Source of the DNA: Dehalococcoidia bacterium
GTDB taxonomy: Bacteria; Chloroflexota; Dehalococcoidia; GIF9; AB-539-J10
Direction: 5' to 3'
DNA length: 52,253 bases
NCBI GenBank assembly: GCA_049516035.1
Contig: JBEKTM010000002.1
Coordinates: 1-52,253, forward strand
Part shown: piece by piece, positions 29,456 to 38,061 of the stretch
How positions within the stretch are numbered: the first letter of the stretch is position 1
Layout: each line of letters begins with the position of its first letter
Notes under the pieces: generated by a model
What the model was told of the DNA's origin: nothing
The model's input: only the letters and a program-made list of their open reading frames with translations
The model's database searches: none
Program-made: the position numbers and the translations under genes

Positions 29456-29677
29456 ATGGTAAAAACGAATTGTCTAAGGAAAATGCGGAAACTTCAGAAG
29501 ATGGCCTTGCTGGAGCTTTCAACGAAAAGTGGGATTTCTACGCCTACCCTCGTGGCGATTGAACTCTATCAGCATTATCCTACACCTAACATCCGCAGCC
29601 GACTTGTAACTACCTTAGGCATCTCTGAGAACGTGATCTGGCCTGTCTTAGGAAATAATGATGATAATGGGAAATGA
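29456..29677 (+). CDS. Cro/XRE-like HTH protein
   Basis: 'LRKMRKLQKMALLELSTKSGISTPTLVAIE...P'. Confidence 0.72.
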   Translation: MVKTNCLRKMRKLQKMALLELSTKSGISTPTLVAIELYQHYPTPNIRSRLVTTLGISENVIWPVLGNNDDNGK

Positions 29678-29864
29678 CGAACGGCTGACCTACGATGTTA
29701 AAACGGCGGCCAAATTATTGGGCCTATCAAAGAATAGTGCATATCAGGCGTGTCTCACCGGGGAGATACCACACCTGAAAATCGGCAAGCGAATCCTAAT
29801 TCCTAGGGCACGATTGGAGCAGATGCTTAACGAGGCCGGGAAGGCAAAGGACCAAGATGGCTAA
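29658..29864 (+). CDS. Excisionase-like HTH protein
   Basis: 'TYDVKTAAKLLGLSKNSAYQAC..GEIPHLKIGKRILIPR'. Confidence 0.85.
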   Translation: MMIMGNDERLTYDVKTAAKLLGLSKNSAYQACLTGEIPHLKIGKRILIPRARLEQMLNEAGKAKDQDG

Positions 29865-30588
29865 TCCCCAGCTTGAAAACGGGCATACCCGGATAGCGAA
29901 TGAACTAATGGAGCAGTTGATGAAGCTCTACTTGGCGCCTAATCAGTGGCAGGTGCTTGTCTGTATTATCCGCAAGACCTATGGCTTCCATAAGAAGATT
30001 GACTATATTACAAACACTCAAATATGCGAGGGAACGGGATTAGTCAAATCTACTGTCTCCCGGGCCGTGACCGTATTGACACAAAGAAACATCATCACCC
30101 GGAATGGTAAACATATTGGGTTACAAAAGGACTGGGAACAGTGGCAAAAGTTAGCGGAACGGGCAACAAAAGTTAGCGAAGCTGCTAACTGTGTTGATGG
30201 TGAAAAGTTAGCAATCCCGCAACCAGAGTTAGCAGTTACGCAACCAGAGTTAGCAGATAGGGCAACAAAAGTTAGCAGTTCACTCGACACACAAAAGGAA
30301 GATACTATTCAAAAGAAACTATCCAAAAGAAAATACGGAGAATTTCAAAATGTTCTTTTAACTGATGAGGGATACCAGAAGCTCAAGGATAGGCTCAACA
30401 CTAAAGCTGATGAGTTTATTGAAAAGCTATCTGCCTACATGAAATCTACTGGCAAATGCTACAAAGACCATTACGCAACAATCCTAAACTGGTCCCGAAG
30501 AGAAAAGGAGGGCAAAGGTGCAACGATTAGAAATTCCAGAGAGCTACCGAAAACCTATACAGAATCGCCAGACTATGCCGATCTCTGA
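29857..30588 (+). CDS. Phage replication initiator (lambda O-like)
   Basis: 'MANPQLENGHTRIANEL...IIRKTYGFHKK.D.I'; internal iterons. Confidence 0.88.
   Translation: MANPQLENGHTRIANELMEQLMKLYLAPNQWQVLVCIIRKTYGFHKKIDYITNTQICEGTGLVKSTVSRAVTVLTQRNIITRNGKHIGLQKDWEQWQKLAERATKVSEAANCVDGEKLAIPQPELAVTQPELADRATKVSSSLDTQKEDTIQKKLSKRKYGEFQNVLLTDEGYQKLKDRLNTKADEFIEKLSAYMKSTGKCYKDHYATILNWSRREKEGKGATIRNSRELPKTYTESPDYADL
30146..30276 (+). repeat. Iterons, putative origin
   Basis: AGTTAGC at 30149, 30171, 30206, 30227, 30248 and 30270. Confidence 0.8.
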
Positions 30589-31321
30589 GGACGAACTTAA
30601 AACATTTGAAATAGAGTGGGAAAGGGCACCGTATAAGCCATTATTTAGTTGTCCTCAATGTAACGGTGGCGGCTTTCTTCACCCGCGGAAGCCTGACGGC
30701 TCAGTGGATTACACAGAGGTGATCCCCTGTAACCAGCCTGGCTGTTATGCGGACAGCTTCGGGGCTTATGAAAGAGGGGAGATTATTCAACAGAGTGGGG
30801 TCATAGGCTTGCAGCAGACCTTTGAGACATTCAATGCCAAGGTCCCGGGCGTGCAGAAAGCCTATAACGCAGCAAGGAAGATCGCAGATGGTGAGGGTGA
30901 TTTCATTTGGTTGATTATCTATGGAGGCGTGGGCAATGGCAAGACTCACCTTTTGAACGCCATCGCTAACCGGGCGATGGAACGCGGTTGCCAAGTCAAG
31001 TCAATTATGATGGCTGAATTACTTTCAGAGCTTCGTATGTCCATCGAAACCAATCAAGTTGACTTCAAAATGAAGCAGCTTAAGGAAGTGCCTTATCTCT
31101 TAATTGACGAGCTCGGGCTGGAATATGGCACAGACTGGGAGAGGGAAAAGATAGAGGAGTTACTAGCGTCCCGGTGGGCCAGAGGACGATTTACTATCGT
31201 GGCGACTAATAGGGATATAGGGGAACTACCGGAGAGAATTAAGAGCCGATTTAAGGATCAGCATTTGTCTCGCTGGACTAAGAATGAGGCAGAAGACTTC
31301 AGATTAAGGAGGGAGAGATAA
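30575..31321 (+). CDS. DnaC/IstB-like helicase loader ATPase
   Basis: CPQC...PC..PGC, 'TFETF', GGVGNGKTHL, 'LLIDELG', 'IVATN', 'RIKSR'. Confidence 0.9.
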   Translation: MPISEDELKTFEIEWERAPYKPLFSCPQCNGGGFLHPRKPDGSVDYTEVIPCNQPGCYADSFGAYERGEIIQQSGVIGLQQTFETFNAKVPGVQKAYNAARKIADGEGDFIWLIIYGGVGNGKTHLLNAIANRAMERGCQVKSIMMAELLSELRMSIETNQVDFKMKQLKEVPYLLIDELGLEYGTDWEREKIEELLASRWARGRFTIVATNRDIGELPERIKSRFKDQHLSRWTKNEAEDFRLRRER

Positions 31322-31468
31322 AAGAAAGCAGGCAAAGTGTCCATTTTCTGAAAAATAACGGCAATCGTAACGCCAAGTTAGCTTTAAACTATGGCCTGAC
31401 TACGAATGAAAGCACAGGTTTACTAGTTCTATGACTGGTAAAAAATACAATAGTTGGAGGTAAAAAGT

Positions 31469-31807
31469 ATGAGTGAAAAAAGTAATATCCCTACTAAAAT
31501 CCCAATCGACCTGGACGGGCGCCGCCGGTACTTCCACTTGGGTTTGCTGGCGATAGCTCTTTGGGAACTCAACACCGGTAAGCCCTTGTTTTCTAAAAAA
31601 GGCTGGGACCACTTCTCTAAGAAAGATATGTTTCTGATGATATGGGCCTGTCTCCGAGAAGATGACCCTAAGCTAAAGCCCCAGGATGTAGTTCAAATGT
31701 TTAAGGATAACAAAATTCCCTCGGGGGCAGTGCTTCAGGACTTTATCCAGCAATTAAGTGCTGCCTGGGGAGCTATATTAGATAGTTTTGCGGGAGGTGA
31801 AAAATGA
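31469..31807 (+). CDS. Putative tail assembly chaperone
   Basis: 'IPIDLDGRRRY...WELNTGK...MIWACL..DDPKL'; directly upstream of and overlapping the tape measure gene; GGAGG RBS. Confidence 0.55.
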   Translation: MSEKSNIPTKIPIDLDGRRRYFHLGLLAIALWELNTGKPLFSKKGWDHFSKKDMFLMIWACLREDDPKLKPQDVVQMFKDNKIPSGAVLQDFIQQLSAAWGAILDSFAGGEK

Positions 31808-33105
31808 TTTCCGTAGGTGACTGTATACTGAAGCTAGGTTTAGACAAGACCGATTTTGACGAGTCCATGAAGCAAATCCAAACAGCGTTCGGTAACCTTG
31901 GCAAAACGATGCTCATTGCTGGTACCGCCATAGTAGGGGGGCTTGTTGGTTCAACTGTAGCCGCTGCTCAACTCGGAACTGAAATAGAGCAGATGTCCAT
32001 TCGGACAGGTATTAGCACTGTCGCATTGTCCGAGCTCCGCTATATGGCCCAACTGTCAGGGACATCCTTTGAAGGGTTGGAAATGGGTATCAAGCGAATG
32101 CAGGTGACTCTCGTGGAAGCTTCTAATGGCTCAAAGACAGCAACGGATACACTTAAGAGAATGGGCTTATCTATTACAGATTTAATGGCCTTATCCCCAG
32201 GGGATCAATTTTATGCAATAGCTGGGGCAATCGCCAGCATTCCAGACCCAACAGTTCGAGCAGCTACCGCGGTCGAAGTCTTTGGAAGGTCAGGCACGGA
32301 TTTGCTTCCTATAATGAAGGATGGGGCTAAGGGAATGGAAGATATGAAGAATCAAGCCCATGAATACGGGGAAATCATTGATACCGAGGCAGCTACGAAA
32401 TCAGTGGGCTTTACGACAGCCCTGACTAACCTGAAGGAAAGTCTTGGCAATGTAAAGGATGCTATAGGGAAAGACTTAATGCCGATGTTAACTGACCTTC
32501 TGAATAATAAGATAATCCCGTTAGTCAAGGCTTGTGGCGACTGGATTCAAAAACATAAAGACCTCTTAGAAGCTTTGCTGAAAATAGGTGGAGTTCTTAT
32601 GGTTGGAGGTATCATATTGGTTGGACTTTCTAATCTTGCGCAGGCCATCATAGCCATAGACGCTGCCTTGATTATCCTACAAGGCATAGCTGGTCCCGCG
32701 GGCTGGGTCAAACTAGCCGTAGGAATAGGAATAGCAGTGGCTGCAATAGTAGGCCTTTCTAAGTTAATGAACTCCGTGACTGGTAACTTTGAAGCGCCTA
32801 CAGTCAATGTCTCGATGCCTGCGATTCCAGAGATACCTTCAGCTCAATTCGGTGGTATTGTACCCGGACCTATAGGCCAGCCAGTACCTATCATAGCTCA
32901 CGGAGGAGAGCCGTTTTTGGGAGTTCAGAATATAGGGAGACCAATGGGAAATAATATTACTATCAATCTTGGCGTTCTCCCTGGAGATGATGCGACTGCC
33001 AGGAAAGTGGTTCGTGCTATCAGAGGTGCCTTCGGAGAGGATAAGCGACGCAATTCCTTCGCTCAGCTTAATAAGGGATATTATTACGGGAGCAGTGGCA
33101 GATGA
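31804..33105 (+). CDS. Short tail tape-measure-like protein (433 aa)
   Basis: 'VGDCILKLGLD', helical core 'AVEVFGRSGTDLLP', hydrophobic segment, C-terminal 'GGIVPGP...AHGGE'. Confidence 0.8.
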   Translation: MISVGDCILKLGLDKTDFDESMKQIQTAFGNLGKTMLIAGTAIVGGLVGSTVAAAQLGTEIEQMSIRTGISTVALSELRYMAQLSGTSFEGLEMGIKRMQVTLVEASNGSKTATDTLKRMGLSITDLMALSPGDQFYAIAGAIASIPDPTVRAATAVEVFGRSGTDLLPIMKDGAKGMEDMKNQAHEYGEIIDTEAATKSVGFTTALTNLKESLGNVKDAIGKDLMPMLTDLLNNKIIPLVKACGDWIQKHKDLLEALLKIGGVLMVGGIILVGLSNLAQAIIAIDAALIILQGIAGPAGWVKLAVGIGIAVAAIVGLSKLMNSVTGNFEAPTVNVSMPAIPEIPSAQFGGIVPGPIGQPVPIIAHGGEPFLGVQNIGRPMGNNITINLGVLPGDDATARKVVRAIRGAFGEDKRRNSFAQLNKGYYYGSSGR

Positions 33106-33136
33106 AATTTGAGGTGACAATTTACAGGAGGTAAAA

Positions 33137-33439
33137 ATGAGGTTAAAAGTATTTAAACTAAAGGACGGCAAACTGATATATGCGGGTATCCGGGAAGTCC
33201 GAGAGGGTGACGCTATTCTGGACGGTGACACTTCCATGTCCGAGGTTAACCTTAAAGAATCCAGAGACATAAACGCTGAGATTCTTAAAAACCTGAGCGG
33301 TCAGGAAAAAGATGACCTGAAACAGGGTTTACGTAATTTAGGAATGAGGGATCCAGAGGCTTTCGAGGCTTTAAAAAAGAGCTTCGAGACATTAGGGCTT
33401 TCACCCAAGGCTGCCGAAATAGCAGCAAGGGGACGATAG
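33137..33439 (+). CDS. Hypothetical protein, possible scaffold-like C-terminus
   Basis: AGGAGG RBS; ends 'LGLSPKAAEIAARGR'. Confidence 0.6.
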   Translation: MRLKVFKLKDGKLIYAGIREVREGDAILDGDTSMSEVNLKESRDINAEILKNLSGQEKDDLKQGLRNLGMRDPEAFEALKKSFETLGLSPKAAEIAARGR

Positions 33440-33444
33440 AACAT

Positions 33445-33527
33445 GGTCCCTGGTGGTAGTTTGGTAACAAGGGCGTGGTCATCTTCTAGTTCCTGCGCCC
33501 TAACCTCCTTGACTGCCACTAGGGGCC
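33445..33527 (+). ncRNA. Structured RNA hairpin (candidate)
   Basis: 16-bp stem with three G-U pairs, inner 9-bp stem, ACCTCCTT bulge. Confidence 0.5.
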
Positions 33528-33553
33528 GCCAAAATAAAATTTAAGAGGTGAAA

Positions 33554-34303
33554 ATGGCAACAATAACAGAGCTACAAAAAAAGGTAGTCAAAGCACTAGA
33601 GACGGGACAAGACCCGGCACCTATCCTGAAGGAATTGGCCGAGTTAAGGACTTCGATTGCTATGGAAGCTGAAAAGGCGGAGCTTCAAAAGATAGTAGAT
33701 AAACGAAAGGCATTACAAGACAGGGCAGAGGAAGTTAAGGCTAAAATCCAAAAACAGAATGAGGCTATAGACACCCTTTTGAAGGCGCGGGACAGCATAG
33801 TCGAGGCATTATTGCCTATAGTGAACAAAGCCAAGGAGCTACCAAACTTACATGATAAGTGCTTTGAGGAGTTCCATGATGGCGTACAGGCTGGATATAT
33901 CACCCATGCAGCGGGGGGATTCCTGCCAGCTGATTTAACAATCCCTATGCTTCAATTAGGGAACGGTGAAAGAGATATCCATGCTGTCTCTAAGGAAGCT
34001 GTTATGTATCTTTATAATGCCTATGGGCTACTGGCAAATCTCCAGAAGATAGAAACCAAGCCACAGCAGCCTTCAATAGATCCCGAGCTTGATTTTGGCG
34101 ATGACCATTCCGAGATAACCGAGGCTAATTGCCTGGTATGCACTCATAAAGATGTAGAGGCTATTAACAAGGGCTTAAAAGAAGGCAGGCCCCTGCGAGA
34201 CTTGGAGGCCGCGTTTAATGTCTCCCGAAGTACACTTTCCAGGCATAAAAATCATTGCCTTGATTTATCCGCTATAAGAATAACGGAGCCAATTAGTGCC
34301 TAA
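33554..34303 (+). CDS. Coiled-coil protein with C-terminal CxxC-HTH domain
   Basis: Helical N-terminus; 'CLVCTH...VSRSTLSRHKNHC'. Confidence 0.65.
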   Translation: MATITELQKKVVKALETGQDPAPILKELAELRTSIAMEAEKAELQKIVDKRKALQDRAEEVKAKIQKQNEAIDTLLKARDSIVEALLPIVNKAKELPNLHDKCFEEFHDGVQAGYITHAAGGFLPADLTIPMLQLGNGERDIHAVSKEAVMYLYNAYGLLANLQKIETKPQQPSIDPELDFGDDHSEITEANCLVCTHKDVEAINKGLKEGRPLRDLEAAFNVSRSTLSRHKNHCLDLSAIRITEPISA

Positions 34304-34784
34304 ATCTTGTCCCGTGTGCGTGCATCCTGAGAGACAGGAAATTGAAAAGACTCTCCTGGGAAGTGCAAAGTTGCCTGATATTGCACAACGCTTTGCATTA
34401 TCGAGGTGGAGTCTTTATCGCCATAAGCAAAGACATTTACCAGGGCAGTTAAAGAAGGCTCAGGATATCAAGGAGAAGGCACAAGCTGATTCTCTCCTGA
34501 GACAAATACTATATCTTCAGTCCAGAGCACTAACTATTCTAAAAAAGGCTGAGCAAACAGGGGAACTAAAGACAGCGCTGATAGCTATACGAGAGGCCAG
34601 AGGGAACCTAGAATTGCTGGCAAAGTTACAAGGGGACTTGGCCCAAGAAGGGACTGTCAATATAGTTCTATCGCCAGCATGGGTATCATTGCGAACTATC
34701 ATATTGCAAACACTAGAACCTTACCCTGAAGCTAGGCTGAAAATAGGTCAGGCATTAGGTGAGGTTGACCATGCTGGCAGTTGA
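34296..34784 (+). CDS. Putative terminase small subunit
   Basis: 'CPVCVHPER..IE...IAQRF.LS...LYRHK..H' plus helical region; directly upstream of TerL. Confidence 0.65.
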   Translation: MPKSCPVCVHPERQEIEKTLLGSAKLPDIAQRFALSRWSLYRHKQRHLPGQLKKAQDIKEKAQADSLLRQILYLQSRALTILKKAEQTGELKTALIAIREARGNLELLAKLQGDLAQEGTVNIVLSPAWVSLRTIILQTLEPYPEARLKIGQALGEVDHAGS

Positions 34785-35523
34785 TTTGAGATATGCCCTT
34801 GATCCCGCCTGTTTCGCCAGGGAAGCATTAAACTTCAATCCTGATTCATGGCAAGAGCGGGCATTACGCTGGAGTGGAAGGCGCTTACTGCTTAATTGCT
34901 GCCGGCAGAGCGGCAAGTCCACAACGGCAGCTATTCTAGGGCTACACCGGGCTTTATTCTACCCTGGCAGCTTGGTATTGCTGATATCCCCTTCCCTGAG
35001 GCAATCAAGTGAGCTATTTCGCAAGGTGAGTGACCATCTTGATAGATTAGCCTTACCACCGCGCAAGATTGAAGATAACAAACTGTCAGCCACCTTTGCC
35101 AATAGTAGCCGCATTGTATCCTTACCCTCTACTGAGACTACTATCAGAGGCTTTAGTGGAGCTTCATTGATTATAGAAGATGAAGCAGCCAGGGTACCCG
35201 ATGAACTGTATATTGCGGTTCGTCCTATGATGGCAGTAAGCGGAGGACGGCTGATCCTCTTATCAACGCCATTCGGCAAACGAGGTCACTTCTTTAAGGA
35301 ATATTCAGAGGGAGGCCATGACTGGGAGCGAATACGAATACCCGCTACTGAGTGCCCCCGGATAACAGAGGGATTCCTACAAGAGGAAAGGGCAAGCCTG
35401 GGTGACTGGTGGTATAAACAGGAATATATGTGTGAATTTGTGGAGACAGTTGACCAAGTATTTCCTTATGACCAAGTGATGAATACCCTATCAGATGATA
35501 TTAAACCGCTGTTTGGAGGCTAA
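34771..35523 (+). CDS. Terminase large subunit, ATPase half
   Basis: 'PDSWQ', 'CCRQSGKST', 'LIIEDEAA', 'LLSTP.GKRG.F', 'QEYMCEF'. Confidence 0.88.
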   Translation: MLAVDLRYALDPACFAREALNFNPDSWQERALRWSGRRLLLNCCRQSGKSTTAAILGLHRALFYPGSLVLLISPSLRQSSELFRKVSDHLDRLALPPRKIEDNKLSATFANSSRIVSLPSTETTIRGFSGASLIIEDEAARVPDELYIAVRPMMAVSGGRLILLSTPFGKRGHFFKEYSEGGHDWERIRIPATECPRITEGFLQEERASLGDWWYKQEYMCEFVETVDQVFPYDQVMNTLSDDIKPLFGG

Positions 35524-35524
35524 A

Positions 35525-36211
35525 ATGACCTTATTTATGGGTTTAGACTTGGGACAGGCTCAAGACTACACAGCATTATCAGTTGTGGAAGCTCAGCCTA
35601 CAAAAAAGAAATACTGGGGAAATGGCTACGAACCAATACGTGAAATAGAAGGCTTGCCAGTATCCTTTAATGTTCGTCATCTGCAAAGGTACACATTGGG
35701 GACAAGTTATCCTATCATAATTGAAGATGTAGTTAGTAAGATTAAACAGTTTGAAGGAACTGTGCTGGCAATAGATCATACCGGGGTAGGACGGCCTGTT
35801 TTTGACCTCTTTGAGAGAGCGGGCTTACATCCTCTTGGTATTACCATAACCGGCAGCGATATGGCTCATGGCGAAGGTAGACAGTGGCGAGTGCCCAAGC
35901 GTGACCTGGTGGGAGTTCTACAGGTGGCAGTTCAAGGCAATCGGCTAAAGGTAGCAAAGGAATTACCAGATGCCACTACCTTAGTAAATGAGTTGCTAAA
36001 CTTCCGCGTAAAGATAAACCTCAAAACGGCCCATGATAGTTATGAGGCATGGCGCGAGGGTGTACATGATGACTTGGTATTGAGTGTTGCCCTGGCTTGT
36101 TGGGCAGCCACACAATTTTATACTTCCTGGGAACAGTCTGCCGGTCTCTCTATTATTCAGCAAAAGCTAGATAATGAATTTGAGGGAATAATGCGAGGTG
36201 TGGAATTGTGA
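35525..36211 (+). CDS. Terminase large subunit, nuclease half
   Basis: 'GLDLGQAQDYTAL', 'IDHTGVG', 'HDDLVLSVALA'; own GGAGG RBS. Confidence 0.85.
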   Translation: MTLFMGLDLGQAQDYTALSVVEAQPTKKKYWGNGYEPIREIEGLPVSFNVRHLQRYTLGTSYPIIIEDVVSKIKQFEGTVLAIDHTGVGRPVFDLFERAGLHPLGITITGSDMAHGEGRQWRVPKRDLVGVLQVAVQGNRLKVAKELPDATTLVNELLNFRVKINLKTAHDSYEAWREGVHDDLVLSVALACWAATQFYTSWEQSAGLSIIQQKLDNEFEGIMRGVEL

Positions 36212-36359
36212 CCCTATTAAATCTGGTGCCATGGCCAATGTGGTAAAAGGGGAAACAGGGGCAACCTTGAGCCTCTCAGAGCCCTCTCCATAGAAAAGGG
36301 GCACCAGAGATATTATCCTCCAGCACCCCCTCTAGTGCCCAGGCTGCCAGTAACCCTAA

Positions 36360-36647
36360 CTAGCTGCCGCTAGAATTAAGGTCATGGTTTAATCCGGCTA
36401 AATAGCCATGATAAAAGTCATAGCCGCTAGTATTCCAGTCTCCCATGTCGACATCGAATTCCCTCTTTTTGAGCATAGATAGCAGATAGGATTTTGTAGC
36501 CTCCCTAGCTTCAGCCTTCTGCTCGGAGCTTTCAGGTCTTAGGTCATCATCTGCACCTATCCCCATGTCCTCAAAGAGTGGGTCAATAAGCGCGGGAGTA
36601 GCCGGGTCCTCTGCGTTCCAAACTAATTTAGTTACCATTTGATTCAT
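36360..36647 (-). CDS. Acidic hypothetical protein
   Basis: 95-aa ORF with AAGGAGG RBS. Confidence 0.55.
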   Translation of the reverse strand: MNQMVTKLVWNAEDPATPALIDPLFEDMGIGADDDLRPESSEQKAEAREATKSYLLSMLKKREFDVDMGDWNTSGYDFYHGYLAGLNHDLNSSGS

Positions 36648-36787
36648 CCTCCTTTTCTATTATATTTCGCTCTTGCTTTTCATTCCCCTACAAGCTACAA
36701 TAAAAGTAGCTGAGGGATTCGTGATGGTTTTCCTTGGCTAGTATCCTTGTGGTTCGCCCCAGGGATACTTTTTATTTATCATAAGCA

Positions 36788-36940
36788 TCACCCCCTTTTC
36801 TTAGTGTAAGACAGTTCAAGGACTACCCAGGTATGATCCAACTTCTTGCCCTTGATTCGACCTTCAGCTAATAGCTTCCTTACCCGTTGCTCGGATATGC
36901 CGAGAGACTTGGCTGCTTGCTTAACGCTCCACATCTCCAT
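36788..36940 (-). CDS. Small excisionase/MerR-type HTH protein (50 aa), apparently leaderless
   Basis: MEMWSVKQAAKSLGISEQRVRKLLAEGRIKGKKLDHTWVV; TTGACA-17-TACAAT ends 6 nt before the ATG. Confidence 0.75.
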   Translation of the reverse strand: MEMWSVKQAAKSLGISEQRVRKLLAEGRIKGKKLDHTWVVLELSYTKKRG

Positions 36941-37063
36941 ATAGTTATTGTAGCGAGCACGCAACAGTTTGTCAAGGGGCTATTTAGCTATAAATTAAAT
37001 ACAAATTCTATAAACCTTGCCAGCCCCAACAAACTTAAGGCAGGCTATCCGGCAGGGAGACCG

Positions 37064-37585
37064 TCAGCGATAAGGATACAGTTGTAGGAGCTGGTACAGT
37101 GGCACATTTACACCTTGTGCCATATATATGCTCACACGTCCCCAATAGTGGTTAGCCAATTCGTCAACAAAGATCCACACCGTGTACTTGGTTTTCGTTT
37201 GTGTATTCTGTACCGTTCCTTCTACAAGCCAGCGAGATTCACCTGCTTCAAGACCAGTCAATGTATCAGGCCCAGTAACCACTTTTGTAGAGCTTAAGCC
37301 TACTCCAACATACTCATTGCCTGTAACATCGTTAAGAAAGTGTATAGCTTCAACCTCAGCCATTGGGCCAGAAACACAGACAACAACCAGAGCTATGACT
37401 ATGATGGCTATAACAATGGCAATTATTACTCCTGCTTTCTTTTTCCTTGTCTTTTGTTGAGGCTCCTGAATATGCTTCTGTCTCTCATCAGGGGTAAATC
37501 CTATCTCAAGCCTCTGGCTACAATCAGGGCAAAGCCAAACGCCCTCATCCACTTCTTTTTTCCCGCAATTAGTACAAAGTGGCAT
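37064..37585 (-). CDS. Zn-ribbon single-pass membrane protein
   Basis: CTNC...CPDC, basic patch, TM 'GVIIAIVIAIIVIALVVV'. Confidence 0.7.
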   Translation of the reverse strand: MPLCTNCGKKEVDEGVWLCPDCSQRLEIGFTPDERQKHIQEPQQKTRKKKAGVIIAIVIAIIVIALVVVCVSGPMAEVEAIHFLNDVTGNEYVGVGLSSTKVVTGPDTLTGLEAGESRWLVEGTVQNTQTKTKYTVWIFVDELANHYWGRVSIYMAQGVNVPLYQLLQLYPYR

Positions 37586-37862
37586 AACTTCACTTCTTGT
37601 CCTTTTAATACATCATATGAGAATTGAGAGGAACAGTCAATACGCCTCAAAAATGCATTGAGTTGTGGCGATACAATGCCCTGCCCTTTGTTTTTGCCGT
37701 TAGTTTCAAATCAAAACTCAAAAATTGGCGTTATTTTGGCGTTAGATTGCTTGGTATTGGCTGGGACATAAAAGGACTTGATGAGCAAAACAAGGTTTTG
37801 GCAATTAATACAAGTGTTCTATTTTGTATGTAAAGGGATTCTTTGGGACATGTGGCTTAGAA

Positions 37863-37903
37863 TTAGGAAACCGCTGCTCTATCCATCTGAGCTACAGGGG
37901 CAC
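37863..37903 (-). repeat. att core, distal; 5' half-fragment of tRNA-Arg
   Basis: Identical to 27270-27310; stops at the anticodon loop. Confidence 0.92.
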
Positions 37904-37938
37904 GCTACTACCACAACCCTCGTGTTTACCGAGTTTCA

Positions 37939-38014
37939 TGGTGGAGATAGGGGGATTCGAACCCCCGACCCCTGCGATGCGAACGCAGTGCTCTCCCAAC
38001 TGAGCTATATCCCC
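37939..38014 (-). tRNA. tRNA-Ala(CGC)
   Basis: G3:U70 pair, CTGCG-TT-CGC-AT-CGCAG, CCA end. Confidence 0.95.
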
Positions 38015-38061
38015 AAATTCAATTTTAGCAACACTCCAAGTTGTGGTCAATCCGGCTGCTC

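Larger units (their letters stand above)
27270..37903. mobile_element. 10.6-kb integrated phage-satellite-like element
   Basis: 41-bp direct repeats (27270-27310 and 37863-37903), tyrosine integrase, replication and packaging genes. Confidence 0.9.

Noticed and set aside
27270-37903. Complete prophage or ICE
   Set aside because: No capsid, portal, tail tube, lysis, relaxase or T4SS genes between the att sites
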